Shown: piece by piece, positions 49,905 to 57,899 of the stretch
How positions within the stretch are numbered: the stretch's first letter is position 1
Layout of the letters: every line of letters starts with the position of its first letter
Source: Octopus bimaculoides
Taxonomy: Eukaryota
Length of the DNA: 57,899 bases
Assembly (NCBI RefSeq): GCF_001194135.2
Contig: NC_068982.1
Span: forward strand, 153,898,078-153,955,976
Direction of reading: 5' to 3'
Program-made: the position numbers and the translations under genes
The notes under the pieces: model-generated
The model's database searches: none
Seen by the model: only the letters and a program-made list of their open reading frames with translations
What the model was told of the DNA's origin: nothing

Positions 49905-50175
49905 TGAACTGACTTCTTATCCCCAGCTAGAGGCTACCCGCTTCACAAAAGACAGTGTCAGAAATATGAGTAAAAGGATAAGCAATTGAAAAGCAGCAGA
50001 ACCTGATGGTGTACAGGGAGTTTGGATTAAAAAAAAGTTCAGTAGTTGCCATAAACTGATCGCAGAACAATTTAATGCATTGATCAATGGAGCAGATGAA
50101 ATCCCGGGCTGGTTGACAAAAGGACGAACGGTGTTGTGCCTGAAGGATGCTTCAAAGGGAAATGTTACTGACTAC
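49905..50175 (+). mobile_element. R4/Dong-type RT N-terminal fragment
   Basis: ISN*KAAEPDGVQGVWIK..SSCHKLIAEQFNALINGADEIPGWLTKGRTVLCLKDASKGNVTDY (NWKAPGPDG..P.W.T.GRT.L..K..NYRPI pattern). Confidence 0.8.
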
Positions 50176-51057
50176 AAAATGTGAACCTTGGCCGGAAGTG
50201 AAAATATATGGTCCTGATTGCATATCATCTTTGCATGCCCGGTAAATGGATATTATTACTTAATAGTAGTGGACCACTACACAAAATGGCCTGAGGTAAC
50301 GAGGTGTAAACAACCAACCTTATATACGATAATAAACTTCTTACACGAGCAGTTCGCAAGATTTGGTGTACGGATATAACTGTCTCTAATAACGGAACAG
50401 TTTGTATCCAGTGAGTTTAAAAGATTCTACGAGATGTTTGTGTTATAACATAAAACTATTGCACGATATCACTCTAGATCGAATGGAAGGGCCGAACGGT
50501 TCGTGGACACTTTCAAGAGAACATTAAAGAAAGCTAATAAGGAAGCCACGAACGAGGTTGCTATCCAAATGTGCCAGCAAAATTAATGTTTGCCAGAAAG
50601 GTGAAGTCAGTATTCGATAAACTGTGACCAGTGAAGAAAAAAATACGCGCTAGTAAAGAATTGCCAAAATACTTTAGAATTGGTGATAAGGTAGATGTAA
50701 CAATGTACAAAAATGGCAAGCAATACTGGGAAGAAGGAGAAATTTTAACATACATTGGAAGAATGATGTATGGTGTAGGAGCAGAAATAGAATGGAAAGG
50801 AAACATACAAATCAGCTTAAGGAAAGTGTCATAGAAAAGGAACCAACAAGAGTAGAAATACCAATGGATTGGCTATATGAAACTTTTCAGGTTCCAACAC
50901 CGTTACAAGAATTCGAAACCACACGTACAAGGAAATGAAAGAATACTGAATTCCTAAAAATAGACCCTAAGAAGAAAATATTATATATATATAAAGGAGG
51001 AGGTTGGGTGAATAAAAGAAAGTGATTGTTAATAAAAAAAATCAAAAGGGGAGAGGG
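50176..51057 (+). mobile_element. Decayed Gypsy LTR retrotransposon integrase and 3' internal region with PPT
   Basis: LHIIFACPVNGYYYLIVVDHYTKWPEV..FARFGV..SNNG..FVSSEFK..YHSRSNGRAERFVDTFKRTLKK (rve core); PPT AAAAGGGGAGAGGG at 51044-51057. Confidence 0.88.
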
Positions 51058-51260
51058 TGTATAGTGAAACTGTACACTCCTCCCGGTAAAATGTGGTAGT
51101 AGCCAGACATTATAAATAGACAGTAGCCGGTCGACATAGAAGAGGGTCGAAAGTACGTGAAGTTGTGTTGATAGTCTTATCTGTGCTGACATAGTGATAC
51201 TGAGTGGATGTTATATCAGTCCAACCTATTGAGGATAATAACATTGTACGACCGCTTACA
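51058..51260 (+). mobile_element. 3' LTR of the Gypsy fragment (~203 bp)
   Basis: Starts TGTA directly after the PPT, contains TATAAATA, ends TACA. Confidence 0.7.
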
Positions 51261-52061
51261 AAACTAGGTTGTAGTACTTGCAAAAAGTGCTTAACTTTTT
51301 AGTTCCACCCTACCTGAGAGCGCCTTTGGTCTTATGATGCAGCTTCTTCATTAAAGTTGATTCTTAATTAAAGATGATTTAAATTATAAACTTTCGGCAA
51401 AATTTCATGGTAATTTATGTTGAAAAAATAAAAACATTAATAATGACAAGGTTATTTAGCTAAATACTTCATTATTTTCAAAATTAATTCAAACGAAGGC
51501 AGTGTATTTCAACAAAAATATGATAACGAAAGAGCTGATAGTTCTTTTATGCTGGAAGCAATGTGTTTCATATAAAGTTGGGATCCAGATTTTTGTGTCT
51601 TGTTAATACAGTAGAAAGTCTAAAGTCTGTTGTTTCTAGTAAAGGTGAGTTTAAGCTCAGTGCGGAGGATATCGGCGATTACAACCCAAGGCAATATTCA
51701 TTATATTTGGGATGAGAATTAATATGCCGTCTGTGATATTAGAGTATAATTTCTTGTTAAAGTGTTCTCTTGCCGTCTCATCAATAGACACAGATCTAGA
51801 ACCAAATCTAAGCAGGATCCTAAAGCGCTCAACACCTGGCCTCGTGTACCTGCTTCACCAGATAATGCCGTTGACAATCTCATTCTCACATTTCGTACTG
51901 AAGTAGACAAAACATTTGATGTATTTGCTAATATTGCGAACCACATGGATCTCGGCGTCTAACAGAACTAATCATGTAAGAGCTATTTTGATACACACAC
52001 ACATACTCACTTACATATATATACATATATATATATATATATCTGACAAATGTCTCCCTTT

Positions 52062-52092
<31 letters not shown>

Positions 52093-52537
52093 TGCACAGT
52101 TTACGTCTGTCAACTTCTCCTCTCTAGGTGTGATCAACCCAAAGCTGGCTGCATTGTAAGACATTTGCTCGAGAAGCTGCAGTGTCAAGTGTGAGATAGA
52201 ATAGCTGCGAAGAGAATATTTTAACCATGTAGCCATGCCCACACCCATTCCATATTTTATTTAGATATTAAGCATCTAGAACTACACTATCTTCTGTGTT
52301 CTTGTCCTTTTATATGGTGAGGTATGATTAGTTGCTTTGTGTTTTTTCTAGAAGGTCAAGCGACTATGTAGTCTTCTTTGTTAACTCTTTGATTGCTATT
52401 AAAGTTGTTGGAAATCTTTTTATTTTTATATAAACAAAGGAAAACACAAGAAAATCTTGAAGTAAACCAAATATCTTCGAATATCTAAAAGTCACTCCTT
52501 GTTTTTAATGAATTATAATGACCTTCTCTGCTCCATT

Positions 52538-52585
<48 letters not shown>

Positions 52586-52806
52586 CCTTACACACACACA
52601 CACACACACACACACTTTCTCTCAACGTCCTACTTTTACTGGCAGTATTTACGTAAATAAATCCAAAAAGAACCAAAGTGCTTTTGTTTGGCATTAAATC
52701 TGATTGACGCGAACATTTCGATATTAAACATTTGAAATGGAAAGGAAGGAGAAAGGAAAACTTTTAGGAAGGTTTTGAAATGTTCAATTATTAAACAGAG
52801 CAATAA

Positions 52807-52838
<32 letters not shown>

Positions 52839-52984
52839 AGAGAAAAGATTTTAGATATTGATATACATAAATTCTTTTTCTGCCTCTTAAGCATTATGTA
52901 TTTCTTTTTGTTTGTATATTTTTCCTTGCTTTTTGCCTACAATTCGTATTTCTTTACAATATAGAAACCTTCTCGGCATATTAT

Positions 52985-53021
52985 TCGCTGACGAAGTCTA
53001 ATAAGGTCGGAACATGTCCCG
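52985..53021 (+). ncRNA. Decayed minimal type I hammerhead-like motif (Penelope/retrozyme type); related motifs at 53117-53154 (+), 20261-20299 (-), 47103-47147 (-)
   Basis: CTGACGA-AGTC-TAATAA-GGTC-GGA-ACATGT-C: core order CUGANGA..GAA..GUC with palindromic stem III; core and stem mismatches present. Confidence 0.4.
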
Positions 53022-53358
53022 TGTTGTCACCTTACTGTCTAAATTACGCTCATTTCTCACTGCATTACTCACTCTCGATTCTTATTTAATTTTTAATTCC
53101 TTAAAATTTCTAATTTGTCGCTCATGTCGTCCTAAGCCGAAACTGATCGTAAGCAAATGATTATTTTTTCTCACCATCGGAGTAATTCTAATTAATTAAA
53201 ATTTCTTAACTCATTATTCAATGTTAGCCCTGGCCTTCCTATTTAGTTTTTATGTAAAGTTAGCCACTGAGTGTTTTTCCTTGCTTATTAACCACTTAAA
53301 AACAGTAAGAATTTAATAAGCTAACATTACGCATGGGACAGTGTGTGTGCAAGCACAT

Positions 53359-53704
53359 GTTGGCACTCCGTCGCTTACGACGTCGAGGGTTCCAGTTGAT
53401 TCGACCAACGGAACAGCCTACTCGTGAAATTAACGTGCAAGTGGCTGAGCACTCCACAGACACGTGTACCCTTAACATAGTTCTCGGGGATATTTAGCGT
53501 GACACAGTGTGACAAGGCTGACCCTTTCAATTACAGGAACAACAGAAACAGGAAGTAAGAGTGAGAGAAAGTTGTGGTGAAAGAGTACAGCAGGGTTCGC
53601 CACCATCCCCTACCAGGTGTTTTCGTTCAATAAACACACACAACGCCCAGTCTGGGAATCGAAACCGCGATCCTATGACTGCGAGTCCGCTGCCCTAACC
53701 ACTG
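53359..53704 (-). mobile_element. SINE family B copy
   Basis: Near-identical to 3927-4303, with a short internal deletion. Confidence 0.9.
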
Positions 53705-53757
53705 CGTGCAAACACATACACACACACTAACTCACATACATGCAGGCTTACACAGAT

Positions 53758-54050
53758 GCATGACTTAGTGGTTAAATTGTCGCATTCACGATTGTGATAT
53801 CGTGGGTTCGATTCCCAGATCGGACGTTGCTTTGTGTTCTTGAGCAAAGCACTTCATTTCACGTTACTCTGCGATCATTTCGACATCTGACATGTGGCAC
53901 CCGTTGCACCTGTACAGTTAATGTCGATCTGATAGAGGGAGTAAGCTTATGTCTAGACAAACATCTGATCACTATAAACAAATTATTTGTGTGGTTGTTC
54001 GGTAAGAAATTGTCGAACCCTCATATGTCGTCTAACGACGGAGGAGTCCA
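53758..54050 (+). mobile_element. Another tRNA-derived SINE (different body, family B-like 3' end)
   Basis: A box TGACTTAGTGGTTAA, B box GGGTTCGATTCCC, end GAACCCTC..GTCGTCTAACGACGGA. Confidence 0.7.
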
Positions 54051-54918
54051 TCATATATAGACATATAACGTATGAATGTAGGTAAATATGTATTCACACA
54101 CACACATAAATATGTGCGTGCGCGCGTGTGTATGCATGCATACATACATAATGATTGCTATCATATTTTCAGATGTTAGCCATCTCATTACACACCACGC
54201 AGGTAATATAAAGAAAGAATTAACAAGATGAACTCATGGGACATCTGCACTTCATCAGATAGTGGTATGCATTTGTGTAACATGCATATCACTCTCTATG
54301 TATTAATAGTAGCAATTAAGAAGAAGAAACTATCTCCTCCGCTGATTTTATATCAGAGAGTCTTCTCTTAAATTTATCCAATAAAAGAATACCTACAAAC
54401 CAGTAAAGGTTCAATTTTAGAGTATTCCCTTTTCCAAATTGTTAACAGGGCACCAAAACAAATCTAGTCATTTTCTTATCCCTGAGCAAAACGTAAATAT
54501 TAAAATATATACGTGCTTCCATTGTGTATACCATCATTTTAATATCTGCATGAGACTCCGAGAGTAAGACTGATACTGAAGAACAATTTATCAAGTTTTA
54601 TTGTGAGATCTATCATGTTACATGGCATTAGAATTTTATCGAAAAGTGTTTGAATGTATTTTTCATGATATGTGACTCAGTAAAATCAGTATTCCAAAAT
54701 ATATCCTATCAGAGATAAGAGATATGTTTATAATTAAACCGTTTAAGGTTGAGTATCTTATCAGTTACGTACTGCAGTATACAAATACCCTTAGAGCAAT
54801 CTTTGAAAGCGACTGCAAAGAAATATTGCAAGTAGAGTGCATAAGGTTAGATTATCTTGTTTTACACTACCAATCGAAAATGGGTCAGAGCAGTTTCTCC
54901 TAATTATATTACTTACTC

Positions 54919-55161
54919 TTATATCATCATGAAATGATTTGGTAATATAAATTCATTAGGGCAACCAACTTCTTTAAGAACTGCCAATATCACATCTTGA
55001 TTCACCGAATCAAAAGACTCAGTGAGATCAATGAAGAAATTACAGAGGATATCTGTACTAGCTAACGAGGTGAACACAGCCTGGAACGTGTTACTTGTCC
55101 AGCGCGAAAACCTGATTGGCACACGGACGAGAAGACAGCACATGTTTAATGAGACTGACAA
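54919..55161 (-). mobile_element. Decayed RTE-type RT fragment
   Basis: FFIDLTESFDSVNQDVILAVLKEVGCPNEF (FIDLxKAFDSV..L...GCP). Confidence 0.75.
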
Positions 55162-56429
55162 GAATAATTTTGCTCAATATTTACTTCACAACTCTGAGGA
55201 TAGAAATGCTTCGAAAATAACCACATAAGTTCTTGCAGTATTTTTCTTTTGCTATCAGCGCGAATCTCTTTCAGAAGATTATATAAGATTATACAGAAAA
55301 TTCGTCATCCTATGTGAGTAGTTCTGCTAAAATACTATCAATACCAAACTTTCTCTTTGAAGTTTCTTTACTGAATGAGCCAACCAATTAACAAGTAATT
55401 TAACTAACCTCACCATCTTTGAAAGCTGTCATTTGAAATTTTAATGAGTGTTTTGCTCTTGTTAGCCATACACAAAATTAAAGGTGGAAATAAAGTTCTT
55501 GAAGTTAATTTTTCTTACGTTTTAGGAAGGACAAAGGCAAGCTGGATCCATAACTTACTTTCATACTTCTGAAATATTTCTAAATTTTTGATTTAACAAT
55601 TTTTCCTGTAATCAGCAAGCTGGAGAGAAAGTAAAGTAGTTTTTCTTTCGGCAGATATCTCGCAATCAATCAAGGGCCTTACATTTCAACAGCCTATCAC
55701 AAAATCAGGTATGTGCGTTTTGACAAACTATTGATAACAATCTCTGACACGTTACTTGTTTTCAGAACTACTGCCAAACGAAACTCGCGAATGGGAGTCT
55801 CACAAACACTTTTATGCTATTTACATTACCTTGAATTATACATTTCAAAAATTTGATTGCATGTTTGTGCTTTAAACTTACCACCATCTACGTATTTCTC
55901 ATCTACTAAGATTCATAACAATAAACAATATATAAAAGAATACATTTCTCAAAATCATTCCAGTAACTTTTTAAATAATTGAACACAAAATGGCTGTTAA
56001 CATATAGCGCTTGTGATGAGTATGATCCAAGCTTTCTTTATTTCATAACGTGATTTCTGTATATGTCACCTTAGTGTCGTGCACTAATACAGAACGATAT
56101 ATAGTATCACGGAACGGGATAGACACCAACTGTTTCCACTTGATGTATTCCCAAATGCTCTGCCAACAACTGTAACCAATCCAAAACAACTCTCAACGAA
56201 CTATAATAATTTCTCAACAATTTCTTGCGACTCTACGAACTCACGAACACCTTTCGACTTCCTGCGATTTCTCATCTCCTTTTCTTTATTTGGCACGCAG
56301 GTCATAACATAGAGGGGACAGATCAAAGACAGACAGAACACCACAGTGGGGACAAAAAAACAAGACTCCATCTTAAGGTCGTAATTCAACAATATCGTAC
56401 TTCAGCGTTGTAACCTATTTGCAGTATGA

Positions 56430-56720
56430 GTAGGAATTCCTTTCTTCGACCCCAAAATTGGCTATAGTTTTTCTCTGCTTTGATCGGAGAATGCGAGGCA
56501 CGAGCCACAGCCTTCGTATCAGCGTCTTTATATTTGTGTAGCATTACTGCTCCCATGCTGTATTTATATCGCACCCACTTCGTGTAATCTATCGAGATGT
56601 CTTCTTTCACGTTTTTATTAAGTAGATACATGTTTTGATTCAATTCAGAAGTGCACTGAAATGTCTCTTGGAAGTTTCGCGACCTGTAATAAACGACACT
56701 GGTTGTCCATTTTGCCAAGT
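56430..56720 (-). mobile_element. Decayed Gypsy RT-connection/RNase H fragment
   Basis: LLNKNVK..YSMGAVMLHKYKDADTKAVARASHS..AEKNYSQ matches GAVL.H....AVAHASRSL..AEKNYSQ. Confidence 0.75.
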
Positions 56721-57399
56721 TACATGTAGTATAAATTCACATATCAGTATAATTTCGTGGCTTGATTACTGCTTTGAAGTTTTTAAATAAATAAGCGATT
56801 CCTTTTGCATTTATTCAGTTAGATTTCTTTCACATGATGTTGGTGTTAATGACAATTCAGAGGATAGTATTTATCACACGGAAGAATCAATGAATAGACT
56901 CTTGTGCCACCCCGATTTAATTAAACGCCAGATATGTATGTATCGCTTTCTGATATATTTTGGCAAAGGATGTAAACATCGCCGATTAAAAAAAGACAGC
57001 GAATCATGCCCTCCGAAGGATATTTGCGATATTTTAGTTCCTTTTTACCGTTGTCATTAAAAATGTTGAGAGCAGATTGCAAGTTGTTCACCAACTGAAA
57101 TATTAAACAACAAAATAAGGATACACATTACGTAGGAGTTCATTGTATAGACTGCGATGCTTCATGGTCCATTATTTTTATCAACATCGGAAGAATGATA
57201 GACAAAATGGGGTATAAACGCAACCCTTAAAATAATTATAACCTCATGCTACAAGTCTTCTATTCATCCTCCGAGTCTTCTATTCACTCCCACACCGTAG
57301 AAATAAGAACGACTATAATAATAACAATAACAACAACAACAACAACAATAATAATAATAATTATTATTATTATTATTATTATTATTATAGATTCAAAAT

Positions 57400-57583
57400 T
57401 TGCACAAGCACAGCAAGTTCGGTGGAGCGGTTAAGTCGATTATGTGTACCAGTGTTCAACTGATATTTATTTTATCGACCCCGAAAGGATAATAGGCAAA
57501 GTCGACCTCAGCGGTATTTGAACTCATAACGTAAATACGGACGAAATGCCACCACGGCGTGCAAACAATTCTGCTGGCTCGCC

Positions 57584-57585
<2 letters not shown>
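57400..57585 (-). mobile_element. SINE family A copy between (TAA/CAA/TTA)n tracts (57318-57389, 57584-57641)
   Basis: Minus GGCGAGCCAGCAGAATTGTT..GAGTTCAAATACCGCTGAGGTCGACTTTGCC..TCCTTTCGGGGTCGATAAAATAA. Confidence 0.88.
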
Positions 57586-57639
<54 letters not shown>

Positions 57640-57899
57640 TTATGTTTGACTTTTGCTTTGCATTTGTACAAGTTGGATCCAAGTCTCACCCAGAGACCTC
57701 AAGAGACAACAAGTTAGAAGTTCATGTAGGTGTTATGCCTAGGGTACCATATATTTCGATTTGTACAGTTTTGTTCTAGTGAATGTTTAAGAAACCATAA
57801 GAAAATTATGTGTTTGTTTTAAAATTTGAGATCACATAGACAGTAGTTTACGTAGGATATGGGCAGTTCCCATGAGCACTATCTTTTGAACTTCAGTTA

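Overview
AT-rich, microsatellite-dense animal genomic scaffold with four N gaps (619-1410, 30891-30980, 35140-35228, 38343-38624). The repeat families look like those of octopus (coleoid cephalopod); this is recognition from memory, not a database search. Only one intact host CDS is supportable: an intronless 222-aa isochorismatase-like cysteine hydrolase on the minus strand (24122-24790). It has a D-K-C triad, a 4-Cys insertion, a splice acceptor just upstream and an AATAAA just downstream. It sits in a ~17-kb CpG-depleted domain. The rest is mostly mobile DNA: a ~1.9-kb element carrying only a Tx1/L1-type ORF1, and fragments of CRE, R4/Dong (in (TAA)n and (CATA)n tracts), RTE, CR1-like and Gypsy elements. 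There is also a decayed full-length mariner, piggyBac-like MITEs, several tRNA-derived SINE families and decayed hammerhead-like motifs. Two other structures stand out: a ~450-bp foldback inverted duplication and a possible decayed intronless LRR-type gene at ~13.4-18 kb. Coordinates of decayed elements are approximate (tens of bp).
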